From Alphaproteobacteria bacterium MarineAlpha12_Bin1 (GTDB taxonomy: Bacteria > Pseudomonadota > Alphaproteobacteria > UBA6615), in assembly GCA_002937505.1 (NCBI GenBank), contig PTJY01000003.1:128060-192059 (forward strand): 64,000 bases of DNA, written 5' to 3'. Of this stretch, positions 7,835 through 17,092 are shown piece after piece (position 1 is the first letter of the stretch; each line of letters begins with the position of its first letter). The notes beneath the pieces were generated by a model that saw only the letters and a list, made by a program, of their open reading frames with translations, searched no databases and was not told the origin of the DNA. The position numbers were made by a program, and so were the translations under genes.

Positions 7835-9334
7835 CTATTCCATAGTAGGCATATTTAAACTGTGACCTTCTCGCACCCCCGACTTAGGCCAGCGAGAGGT
7901 TATGGCTTTTAGCCTCGTGTAAAACCTGACACCTTCCATGCCATGCATATGGGTGTCACCGAACAAAGAGCGTTTCCATCCCCCAAAACTATGATATGCC
8001 ACGGGTACGGGAATTGGAACATTTACCCCTACCATACCTATCTGAACTCTTTCACTGAAATCTCGTGCTGCGTCACCATCCTTTGTAAAAATCGCAGTCC
8101 CATTGCCGTACTCATTACGATTTACTAAATCAATAGCACTTTCATAGTCTTGTGAACGAACCACTGATAAAACAGGTCCAAATATTTCTTGTTTGTAAAT
8201 TTCCATACCTTCGGTAACGTTATCAAAGAGAGATCCCCCCATAAAAAATCCTTCCTCGTAACCTTGAAGATTAAAACTTCTGCCATCAACCACCAAAGAC
8301 GCTCCCTCACTTACTCCCTTTTCTATAAGACTGGTTATACGATCATAAGCCTGCTTTGTAACAACTGGACCCATTTCTATATCCGATGAACTACCGGGAC
8401 CTATTTTAAGCTCTTGTATCTTAGGAACTAACGTTTCCACAAGCGAGTCAGCAGTTTTATCGCCCACTGCAACTGCTACCGAAACAGCCATACATCTTTG
8501 GCCAGCTGAGCCATAGCCGGCACTGATAAGCGCATCAGCCGCCTGATCTATATCAGCATCAGGCATAACAACCATATGATTTTTAGCGCCCCCGAGTGCC
8601 TGGACCCTCTTACCAAATTGGGCGGCCGTTGAGTAAATGTATGAAGCGATAGGCGTTGAACCAACAAAAGAAACTGCATCAATATCCGGATGAACTAATA
8701 TAGCATCTACCGCTTCTTTATCCCCATTCACCAGGTTAACAACACCATCTGGAACCCCAGCTTCTTTAGCAAGTTCAACCAGTTTCATTGGACAAGACGG
8801 GTCGCGTTCTGAAGGTTTTAGGATAAATGTATTTCCACAAGCTATCGATAGTGGAAACATCCAAAGGGGTATCATAGCTGGAAAGTTAAATGGGGTTATA
8901 CCAGCGCATACACCCACTGGTTGACGAATTGAATAGGCGTCCACTCCAGTGCCTACATCCTCAGTAAACTCTCCACGCATTAGATGAGGGATTCCACAAG
9001 AAAATTCAACAACTTCCCTACCTCTCATAATATCGCCAAGAGAATCTTCTATTGTTTTTCCATGTTCGCTGGTAATTAATTCAGCTAGTTCATCCGCATG
9101 CTCCATAAGTAATTCATTGAATCGGAACATAATTCTCGCTCTTCGTATGGCAGGCAATGAGGACCATTCAGGAAATGCTTTTTTTGCCGCCTTAACCGCA
9201 TCATCAACTTCGTAATCACTGGCCAATAAAACTTCAGAAATCTGTTCTCCCAAAGCAGGATTAAAAACAGGCCCCGTTCTATCTGACTTGCCATTTACTA
9301 ATTCTCCATTAATCCAGTGTTTAATGCGCTTCAT
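7835..9334 (-). CDS. mmsA: methylmalonate-semialdehyde dehydrogenase (CoA-acylating)
   Basis: 499-aa aldehyde dehydrogenase. Catalytic GQRCMA, NAD motif GSTPIASYIY, FTKDGDAARDF. Length and termini fit MMSDH. Confidence 0.8.
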   Translation of the reverse strand: MKRIKHWINGELVNGKSDRTGPVFNPALGEQISEVLLASDYEVDDAVKAAKKAFPEWSSLPAIRRARIMFRFNELLMEHADELAELITSEHGKTIEDSLGDIMRGREVVEFSCGIPHLMRGEFTEDVGTGVDAYSIRQPVGVCAGITPFNFPAMIPLWMFPLSIACGNTFILKPSERDPSCPMKLVELAKEAGVPDGVVNLVNGDKEAVDAILVHPDIDAVSFVGSTPIASYIYSTAAQFGKRVQALGGAKNHMVVMPDADIDQAADALISAGYGSAGQRCMAVSVAVAVGDKTADSLVETLVPKIQELKIGPGSSSDIEMGPVVTKQAYDRITSLIEKGVSEGASLVVDGRSFNLQGYEEGFFMGGSLFDNVTEGMEIYKQEIFGPVLSVVRSQDYESAIDLVNRNEYGNGTAIFTKDGDAARDFSERVQIGMVGVNVPIPVPVAYHSFGGWKRSLFGDTHMHGMEGVRFYTRLKAITSRWPKSGVREGHSLNMPTME

Positions 9335-9479
9335 TAATCGATGCCCCCTAAATAATTAAACAATTTGTCCAATGATCTCTTTTTAATAAATAAATACAAA
9401 TATAACCTTTTATGTGATTGCTACACATTACCAAATTGATGAGCTGAATGCCTACATAAGAGAATTTGGGTTAGATCTC

Positions 9480-9983
9480 TCACTTTGAGGCCAAATCGCC
9501 AATTCGTCCTCGAAAAAAGATTAAAGGTTTTCCCTCGTGTACTGTATATCTTTCAACCTCTCCAACTATAATTACGTGATCACCACCATCATGGCGAATA
9601 ACGTTACGGCATTCAAATAATGCCAAACACCCCTCAAAAGATGGAGCCCCCCCCAGCGCTTCTCCGTAATCTATTCCGATAAACTTATCATCACCAGACT
9701 TAGCAAACCTCATACACAAGTCTTCTTGATATTCAGATAAGACGTTGACACAGAAATGGCTAGCTTTTTCCATGGTTGCCAAACTTGGAGAGCTGCGGTC
9801 TAGACTCCAAAGAACTAATGGCGGTTCCAAAGACACTGAACTGAAAGAGTTAGCTGTTACGCCTGCGAGGCTGCCATCTTCTGCCCTTGCAGTAATTATA
9901 GTCACCCCGGTTGCAAAATTGCCCAGTGCTTTACGAAAAGAGAGAGTGTCAAATGTTTTACTCGACATAAATATATTTCCCAA
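9480..9983 (-). CDS. flavin reductase-like (FMN-binding split-barrel) protein
   Basis: 167 aa. FRKALGNFATGVTIITA is the canonical flavin-reductase N-terminal motif. Confidence 0.65.
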   Translation of the reverse strand: MGNIFMSSKTFDTLSFRKALGNFATGVTIITARAEDGSLAGVTANSFSSVSLEPPLVLWSLDRSSPSLATMEKASHFCVNVLSEYQEDLCMRFAKSGDDKFIGIDYGEALGGAPSFEGCLALFECRNVIRHDGGDHVIIVGEVERYTVHEGKPLIFFRGRIGDLASK

Positions 9984-10419
9984 AAATTTTAAATCCCAAT
10001 AACCAGTAACAACTTTATCAAGATACTTCTAAGAATGGTTAACACCAAGCCCATATTAAGCAAATTTTAGCGTCAAATAACAAAATAATCATAGTCCATT
10101 ATTTGACACTAGATTGCACAAAAAACGAATCAGTCATCATTTTTATACAAAAAATATGAAAAATGACGTAATTTTATTACCCAAAAAAATAATAATCATA
10201 TCAAGTTAATTAAATTAACATTGTTCAACTTTATTTCTATCAAGTTTAAGGAATTTTCATAAAACCTTTAATTATCGTAAATTTACATGTCTAGACAATA
10301 TATACCATAGTAATAATTCCTGATTTTACTTTCATTTACAGTAAAAGTACTTTTATAGAGGGTTTTTACAAATATTTATCAAGTAGTTATACTATATTTG
10401 CTCTGGTTAAAAATCTATC

Positions 10420-10452
10420 AATTTGATTCGTGCTTGACAGTTGAATCAAATT
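10420..10452. promoter_or_regulatory. perfect 10-bp inverted repeat AATTTGATTC-N13-GAATCAAATT enclosing a TTGACA hexamer
   Basis: Read directly: 10420-10429 is the exact reverse complement of 10443-10452, and the spacer contains TTGACA (10434-10439). Lies about 75 nt upstream of the 10527 ORF in a ~540-bp AT-rich gap. Confidence 0.3.
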
Positions 10453-10526
10453 CTAAGAAAAATTTATCAAGGCCTATTTTAGGTCTTTTATTAACTTTAA
10501 GTCTATAACCACCTATAGGGGGACTT

Positions 10527-10766
10527 ATGCCAGGAAGTGTAATTGAAACAATCAAAAAGTGGATCGGTCAAATTACTGAGCTCGGTCTACTTTTAATAGC
10601 GCTTGCTATAGTACTTCAAATATTAATCGGAGGTAACCTTGCGTTCTTCGATGATGTTGTTGGTAACCTTACAGCTCTTATCGCCGCGCTTGGTGATAAC
10701 GGCTTAGTTGGCTTAATCGCAATAGGTATTATTATGTGGCTCTTTGCGAAACGAAGCCCAGGTTAA
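10527..10766 (+). CDS. small two-helix membrane protein (79 aa), function unknown
   Basis: Strong SD sequence GGGGGA before the ATG. Amphipathic N-terminus followed by two hydrophobic helices separated by NLAFFDDVVGN. Followed by a perfect terminator. Confidence 0.5.
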   Translation: MPGSVIETIKKWIGQITELGLLLIALAIVLQILIGGNLAFFDDVVGNLTALIAALGDNGLVGLIAIGIIMWLFAKRSPG

Positions 10767-10820
10767 TCTCCATACATTTATTTTTTGCGTATAAAAGTCT
10801 GTTAATTTAAGTTTGTTTGA

Positions 10821-10851
10821 CCGCCTCGATAGAAATATCGAGGCGGTTTTT
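10821..10851 (+). terminator. rho-independent terminator
   Basis: CCGCCTCGATA-gaaa-TATCGAGGCGG perfect 11-bp stem followed by TTTTT. Confidence 0.75.
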
Positions 10852-10924
10852 AATATATTAGTTTTATTGTATCAATAATTTTTTATATTACTGTCTTATA
10901 AATTTCCTTCTCTTTTTTAAATTT

Positions 10925-11737
10925 ATGAAGATAAAAGCCATGCCGAACACTAAAACCTACAAAGGAGTGTCTATTTATTATGAATGTAAAGGATCTGGAA
11001 CTTCCTTAGTATTGATAAGTGGCACGGGACATGATTTGAACTTCTGGTCTGCTCAACTTCCCCACTTCTCTCCAGAATTTCAAACAATAACTTTTGATAA
11101 TCGTGGCGTAGGAAAATCCAGTACGCCAAAAATTGGATATTCTCTAGCAGATATGGCTAGTGATATCATACACCTCTTAGATGAGTTAAAAATCGACAAA
11201 GCCCATATTATGGGCTTTTCCATGGGAGGTCATATTGCCCAAGAACTGGCCATAAATTACCCTGATCGAATTATAAGCCTTGGGATACATCATAGTTGGG
11301 CTCGCGCCGGCGCAAGACTAAAGTCATTTCAAGAGACACGTCTATACCTTGCCCAAAACAATCAACGAGAGGCCCTAACAGAGCTTAGTATGCTTGCTCT
11401 GCACTCATCTGCTTACTATGATGAACATCCATTAGAAATGAGAAATCACAGAGAATTCTTACTTCATAAATCCCCCCTAAATGACGGTTGGGTAGGACAA
11501 CTATCTGCCTGCATTAAGGGTGATACGTTAGATAGAATCAATAAAATTAAAGTTCCCACACTGATCACCTGCTCGGAACTAGACGTCATAGCGCCCCCTC
11601 ACTTATCACTTATGATACATAATCGGATTCAAGAATCAGAACTAAATGTTATGAAAAACACAGGTCACGTAGCGCTCATGGAAGCACCAGAAGAGTTTTC
11701 TTCCATTTGTCTAAATTTTCTTAAAAAACTAGGCTAG
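10925..11737 (+). CDS. alpha/beta-fold hydrolase
   Basis: 270 aa. HGxP-like region ISGTGHD and nucleophile elbow GFSMGG. A C-terminal His is present. Confidence 0.7.
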   Translation: MKIKAMPNTKTYKGVSIYYECKGSGTSLVLISGTGHDLNFWSAQLPHFSPEFQTITFDNRGVGKSSTPKIGYSLADMASDIIHLLDELKIDKAHIMGFSMGGHIAQELAINYPDRIISLGIHHSWARAGARLKSFQETRLYLAQNNQREALTELSMLALHSSAYYDEHPLEMRNHREFLLHKSPLNDGWVGQLSACIKGDTLDRINKIKVPTLITCSELDVIAPPHLSLMIHNRIQESELNVMKNTGHVALMEAPEEFSSICLNFLKKLG

Positions 11738-11851
11738 CCTGAAAACTGATAGTTTTTGGTAAACTGGAGACGTCTTTAATAGCAGTTGATAGAAAATATA
11801 TGTAATGTCTAATATTAAAATAAGCTGATTGATATTTATGTGAGGATTGCT

Positions 11852-13477
11852 ATGCGCGGATTAATAATGGATAAGCCCCTGATGATTTCATCATTAATTG
11901 AACACGCGAATCGTGTTTCTGGTGACAGAGAAATAGTAACAAGGTCTGTAGAGGGGCCAATTCATCGATATACATATGCTGACGCATACGTCCGAGTGCG
12001 CAAACTGGCCAATGCATTATCTGAATTAGGAATGAAACTAGGAGACAGAATTGCAACTTTGGCATGGAACACCAATCGTCACTTTGAGTGCTACTATGCA
12101 GTTTCAGGGATGGGCGGAATAACACATACTCTCAACCCAAGGCTTAGCCCTGAGCAACTTATATATATAATCAACCATGCGGAGGACTCTTATATATTCG
12201 TAGATGTCAACTTACTTCCATTAGTCGAAGCTGTCTCAAGCAAATTGAGATCACTTAAAGGGATAATTGTTTTAACAGACGAAAATAACCTTCCTGAATC
12301 CAAACTAGATAATTTAATTTGCTACGAAAAATTAATAGATGATCATTCTATGGTTTCAGATTGGCCAGAGTTTGACGAAAACACCGCATCGTCGCTTTGT
12401 TACACTTCCGGTACAACTGGTAATCCAAAAGGAGCACTTTATAGCCATAGATCAACAATATTACATGCTTACGCTTCTGCACTTCCTGACGTAATGAATC
12501 TATCGGAAAAAGAAGTAGTTTTGCCAGTGGTCCCAATGTTTCATGTGAATGCATGGGGAATCCCATACGGTGCGACTATGACAGGTGCAAAACTTGTATT
12601 TCCTGGACCAAAACTAGATGGCGCTAGTGTGCATGAACTCCTAGTAGAGGAAGAAGTTACAATGGCTGCTGGTGTACCAACCGTCTGGCTTGGCCTACTT
12701 AACCATTGGAAAGCAAATAAAACTAAAGTGCCCTCATTAAAAAGAACTATCATAGGCGGTACAGCGGTACCCCAATCAATGATTGAAACTTTTCAAGAAA
12801 AATTCAACGTTGACGTACGTCATGCATGGGGCATGACAGAAATGAGTCCTCTAGGGACAATTTCCATACCTAAAGAAAAAATTGTAAAAGAAGGAAAACA
12901 AAAACGTTATAGGTCACAGATAAAACAAGGACGTCCAGTATTCGGCGTCGAGATCAAGATTGTTAATGACCAGAACGAAACATTACCCAATGATGGTAAA
13001 GCATTTGGAGAGCTACTTGTACGAGGACCTTGGATTACGAGCGGCTATTTCAAAAATGATGACTCTGATTCACATAATAATGATGGATGGTTTGCTACAG
13101 GTGATGTTTGTACTATTGACCCCGAAGGCTATATGGAGATTACTGACCGGGCTAAAGACGTGATTAAGTCTGGAGGCGAATGGATAAGCTCAATAGATTT
13201 AGAAAATCAAGCCATGGGCCACCCCGATGTGATGCTGGCCGCAGTGATCGGCGTACCTCATCCCAAATGGGATGAAAGACCAATTTTAATTGTGGTGCCT
13301 ACAGAGGGTAAAACCCCTAATCTAGAATCAATTAATGAGTTTTTATCAGACAAGGTTGCAAAATGGTGGTTGCCAGATGATTTGATTTTAGTTGAGGACC
13401 TACCTCTTGGCCCGACAGGAAAGGTCCTAAAAACTAAACTAAGAAAAGAGTTTGGAAAACACGCGCTTCCAGAATGA
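11852..13477 (+). CDS. AMP-dependent acyl-CoA synthetase of the DmdB/FadD-like alphaproteobacterial family (3-methylmercaptopropionyl-CoA ligase-like)
   Basis: AMP-binding motifs YTSGTTGNPKG and GWFATGD. N-terminus PLMISSLIEHA ... LAWNTNRHFECYYAVSG ... TLNPRLSPEQLIYIIN matches my recollection of Ruegeria DmdB. Start moved to ATG 11852, 5 nt downstream of GAGGA. The ORF track begins at an upstream GTG. Confidence 0.75.
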   Translation: MRGLIMDKPLMISSLIEHANRVSGDREIVTRSVEGPIHRYTYADAYVRVRKLANALSELGMKLGDRIATLAWNTNRHFECYYAVSGMGGITHTLNPRLSPEQLIYIINHAEDSYIFVDVNLLPLVEAVSSKLRSLKGIIVLTDENNLPESKLDNLICYEKLIDDHSMVSDWPEFDENTASSLCYTSGTTGNPKGALYSHRSTILHAYASALPDVMNLSEKEVVLPVVPMFHVNAWGIPYGATMTGAKLVFPGPKLDGASVHELLVEEEVTMAAGVPTVWLGLLNHWKANKTKVPSLKRTIIGGTAVPQSMIETFQEKFNVDVRHAWGMTEMSPLGTISIPKEKIVKEGKQKRYRSQIKQGRPVFGVEIKIVNDQNETLPNDGKAFGELLVRGPWITSGYFKNDDSDSHNNDGWFATGDVCTIDPEGYMEITDRAKDVIKSGGEWISSIDLENQAMGHPDVMLAAVIGVPHPKWDERPILIVVPTEGKTPNLESINEFLSDKVAKWWLPDDLILVEDLPLGPTGKVLKTKLRKEFGKHALPE

Positions 13478-13505
13478 AAAAAGCTTATAACCTGACTATA
13501 ATAAT

Positions 13506-14057
13506 ATGCATTTTTTAAATTTCATCCGGACATTAACTATGAAACAAATGTTTAAGCATCTACTTTTATTGGCTGGATTATTCTATTTTTCGATTTCACC
13601 AAATAATAAAGCTATGGCACAGGAAGATAGCTATATTTCATTCGGATCAGGTTGGTACGATTTAAATGACAACAGGGACGCGGTCGATCTAAGACTAGAG
13701 TACAGATCGAACAAACAGTATCTCGGATTTTTTAAACCATGGATCGGCTTTGAAATAACCTCAGACATAGCAGCTTATGGGGCCTTGGGTCTTCTGTCAG
13801 ATCTACATATAGGACAAAATTTGTTTCTAACCCCAAGTCTTGGAGTTGGTGTTTATTCTGATGGTGATGGCAAAAAACTGGGGAATACGATCCAGTTTCG
13901 CTCTCAGATTGAAATAGGTTATAAGTTCGCAGACCGGTCAAAGCTATCGCTAGCACTAGGACATATTTCAAATGCACATTTATCAGATGAGAATCCTGGC
14001 ACTGAAATAATTACGGTGTATTACTCAGTGCCAGTTCAAAATCTCGATAAATTTTAG
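13506..14057 (+). CDS. PagL-like lipid A 3-O-deacylase / acyloxyacyl hydrolase outer-membrane protein
   Basis: Signal peptide (MKQMFKHLLLLAGLFYFS from the internal Met at 13539). Conserved GHISNAH His-Ser catalytic motif. Predicted beta-barrel with alternating hydrophobic residues. Confidence 0.55.
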   Translation: MHFLNFIRTLTMKQMFKHLLLLAGLFYFSISPNNKAMAQEDSYISFGSGWYDLNDNRDAVDLRLEYRSNKQYLGFFKPWIGFEITSDIAAYGALGLLSDLHIGQNLFLTPSLGVGVYSDGDGKKLGNTIQFRSQIEIGYKFADRSKLSLALGHISNAHLSDENPGTEIITVYYSVPVQNLDKF

Positions 14058-14088
14058 GATTAAGAATCCATCTTCGTGCCTTATTATT

Positions 14089-15249
14089 TTAACGCAGTCG
14101 TTCCAGAATAGAGACATAGTTAGATACAGCTGAACCGCCCATATTAAATACCCCTCCCAAATATGGATTATTTAACTGCATTTCACCTGCCGTACCTGAA
14201 AGCTGCATAGAGGCAATAATATGCATAGAAACGCCTGTAGCACCCAGGGGATGTCCTTTAGACTTTAAACCACCTGAACGATTTATTGGCAATCTGCCAT
14301 CAGGATGAGTCCAACCCTCTTTAATGGCCTGTTCTCCCTCTCCCTTAGGAGTTAACCCCATCGCCTCATATGTTAACAATTCGGCACTAGTAAAGCAGTC
14401 ATGGACTTCAGCAAATCCTAAATCTTCTAAAGAGAGGTTTGCCTCGTCAAATGCTTGCTGCCAAGCTTTTGCAGGGCCCTCAAAATCAATTATATTTCTC
14501 TTGGACATAGGTAAATAGTCCTGCACGTGTTGAGCAGCTCTAAAGTATATGGCTTTTGACATCTTCAATGAAGTATCCAAGTCTGCTAATACTACTGCGG
14601 CAGCACCATCAGAAACCAATGAACAATCAGTGCGCTTAAGAGGACCAGCAACTATAGGATTCTTGTCTGATTCATTTCGACAAAATTCATATCCAAGATC
14701 TTTTTGCATTTGTGCATAAGGGTTGTCACAACCATTCTTATGGTTTTTGGCTGCTATCATCGCTAAAGCATCTGATTTATCTCCATAAGTTTGAAAGTAT
14801 TTATCAGTGATATGACCAAAAATTTCTGCAAAACTCGAAGCACTTTCCTCTCTTAAGTAAGAAGCCTTTGACAAAATCCCTCCCAACACTTCTCCTGTAA
14901 CCTCAGTCATTTTCTCAACACCAACAACTAAAACAATTCGTGATTTTTTAGCAGCTATATTGTTTAAACCTTGATAAAGCGCAGCCGAACCAGTCGCACA
15001 AGCGTTTTCAACGTGAGTGGCTGGCTTAAAACGTAAATGATCAGAAGCCTGAAGCACTAATGAGGCAGGAAATTCTTGTTGAACAAAACCGCCACCAAAG
15101 GTTCCCAAATAAATGGCGTCTATGTCTTTGGGTTCCACTCCTGCGTCTCTTATCGCTCCAGAAGCAACCTCAACAATCATATCCTCAATATCTAACTCAT
15201 CATGTCTTCCGAATTTTAAATGCTCCCAACCTACAATACATGCACTCAT
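14089..15249 (-). CDS. thiolase-family protein (SCP-x / lipid-transfer-protein type 3-ketoacyl-CoA thiolase)
   Basis: 386 aa. Thiolase fold signatures NACATGSAAL and GHPLGATG near the C-terminus. Confidence 0.7.
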   Translation of the reverse strand: MSACIVGWEHLKFGRHDELDIEDMIVEVASGAIRDAGVEPKDIDAIYLGTFGGGFVQQEFPASLVLQASDHLRFKPATHVENACATGSAALYQGLNNIAAKKSRIVLVVGVEKMTEVTGEVLGGILSKASYLREESASSFAEIFGHITDKYFQTYGDKSDALAMIAAKNHKNGCDNPYAQMQKDLGYEFCRNESDKNPIVAGPLKRTDCSLVSDGAAAVVLADLDTSLKMSKAIYFRAAQHVQDYLPMSKRNIIDFEGPAKAWQQAFDEANLSLEDLGFAEVHDCFTSAELLTYEAMGLTPKGEGEQAIKEGWTHPDGRLPINRSGGLKSKGHPLGATGVSMHIIASMQLSGTAGEMQLNNPYLGGVFNMGGSAVSNYVSILERLR

Positions 15250-15319
15250 TTACCCCTCCTTATTTATTCGTAAATCTTTTTTACATAATCAGAACAATCT
15301 AAAAGAGAAATCACATATA

Positions 15320-17092
15320 CTATCTTCTAGACTCGTTTAAAATATCAAAAATATCCCCATCTACATCCTTATTTCCCATCACATGAAAATTGTGCCATAG
15401 AGCGTAGAACAGAAGAAGCCAGGCTGCAAATCCTGTCTTTTTAGTATTTCGATTAAACAACTCCTCAACTTTTTTAGATTGACAAATCTCCAGTACGCCT
15501 TCCTGCGAAGCCACTAAAGGGGCCAGCTCAGAGCCACGAGAAAATATCCAATCTGCAACTGGAACTGAAAAACCACGCTTTCTTGTGAAAGCTTCAGAAA
15601 TTGGCAACCGTTTGTCCAACCATTTCCTTAATAGCCACTTTCCTAAACCCTCTTTTAATTTCAGTCTATCAGGCAAACGAAACGCTACATCGGCAACAGT
15701 AGGATCTAAGAAAGGAGTGCGACCTTCAACACCATGAGCCATTAAACATCTATCTAGTTTGGTCAAAAGATCATTTGGCAACCAATTTGAACAATCTGCT
15801 GCCTGTGCTATCTGGAGTTTTGTCAAAGCACCATTATTCAGCATTTCTTCAGATGCCGATATATTATCTCTCCAGCCAGCTACATCTTGTCTTAAAACAC
15901 CCAAACCATCAAGAATGCCCCTTGAATGCATATTTCTGCCTCCCTTCCACCATGGCCTCATCACGCTTCGGTAACGGCCATAACCAGCAAAGAGCTCATC
16001 ACCGCCTTCGCCAGTGAGAACAACCTTTAAACCACTTGTTCCAGCCGCTTCTCCAAGTAAAAATGTAGGCAAAATGGCATAATCAGCTGCAGGATCATCT
16101 ACTACTGCGGCTATTTCTGGCATTCTTTGCCAAAAATCATCTTCAGTTATAGATACATCAATCACTTCTGCGCCAACTGAAAGTGCCACTTTCATCGCGT
16201 GTTCACGTTCATCAGGGACCGTGCTGTTTTCAAACCCAGCGGTAAATGCCATAACTGGTTGTTCATTTAACTCAGCCATCAACGAAAGAATCACTGAACT
16301 GTCCACTCCACCTGAAAAAAACATACCGTAGGGTACATCAGACCTCTGGTGAAGTTCTACGCTATCACGTAAAGCACCATCTAGTAATTCAAGTGCAGTG
16401 TGTTCGTCCCAATCTTCTGGAGCAACATGTGGAAGAGCCTGTTTCCTTCTTCTGGCTACAATTCTACCATCTCGAACTACTAAAGTCTCACCTGGCAAGA
16501 CTCTTTGTATATGACTATATATTGTATCAGATCCAGTTGAGTACTGAAGTTGCACTAATTCGGCTCTAGCGGTTTCATTTATTGTACTATCTACTAGACC
16601 AGCTGAAATTAGAGCCTGTGGTTCTGACGCAAAACAGAACCCTGATTGAGTTTCAGAATAATAAAGAGGTTTTATACCAAAGGGATCTCTGGTTAATAAA
16701 AGTTGTCCTTCTATAGGATCATAAAGAGCTATGGCATACATACCTCTCAAATAATCAACAAAATTCAAACCATAACGTCTATATAGATGTAATGGCACCT
16801 CACAATCAGAAGAAGTGTTAAAATGCTTTTCAGGAAGATCTTCACGTAATTCAATAAAATTATATATTTCTCCATTCGCAATTACTGCTGCTCCGCCACT
16901 TTCGTAAAGGGGTTGATCACCTGTTACTAGATCTATAATGGCTAAACGTGTTTGTGCCATGCCTAAATTTCGTCCTGAATATCTTCCTTCTCCATCAGGC
17001 CCTCTATGCTTTATCAATGAAACTAGTTGGCTAATGACTAAGTCATCAGGAGTATTTCCATCACGCGTCATTAACCCGACTATGCCGCACAT
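15320..17092 (-). CDS. asnB: asparagine synthase (glutamine-hydrolysing)
   Basis: MCGIVG N-terminal nucleophile, SGGVDSS PP-loop, 590 aa. Confidence 0.85.
   Translation of the reverse strand: MCGIVGLMTRDGNTPDDLVISQLVSLIKHRGPDGEGRYSGRNLGMAQTRLAIIDLVTGDQPLYESGGAAVIANGEIYNFIELREDLPEKHFNTSSDCEVPLHLYRRYGLNFVDYLRGMYAIALYDPIEGQLLLTRDPFGIKPLYYSETQSGFCFASEPQALISAGLVDSTINETARAELVQLQYSTGSDTIYSHIQRVLPGETLVVRDGRIVARRRKQALPHVAPEDWDEHTALELLDGALRDSVELHQRSDVPYGMFFSGGVDSSVILSLMAELNEQPVMAFTAGFENSTVPDEREHAMKVALSVGAEVIDVSITEDDFWQRMPEIAAVVDDPAADYAILPTFLLGEAAGTSGLKVVLTGEGGDELFAGYGRYRSVMRPWWKGGRNMHSRGILDGLGVLRQDVAGWRDNISASEEMLNNGALTKLQIAQAADCSNWLPNDLLTKLDRCLMAHGVEGRTPFLDPTVADVAFRLPDRLKLKEGLGKWLLRKWLDKRLPISEAFTRKRGFSVPVADWIFSRGSELAPLVASQEGVLEICQSKKVEELFNRNTKKTGFAAWLLLFYALWHNFHVMGNKDVDGDIFDILNESRR

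Noticed and set aside
9984-10526. Possibility that the long AT-rich gap is a replication origin, prompted by hda being nearby in the window
   Set aside because: No TTATCCACA / TGATCCACA-type DnaA boxes are visible. hda is 50 kb away. The gap is better explained as a promoter/operator region.
10527-10766. Small two-TM protein as a phage holin
   Set aside because: Size and topology fit class II holins. But there is no endolysin or other phage gene anywhere in the window, and the C-terminus is not strongly charged.
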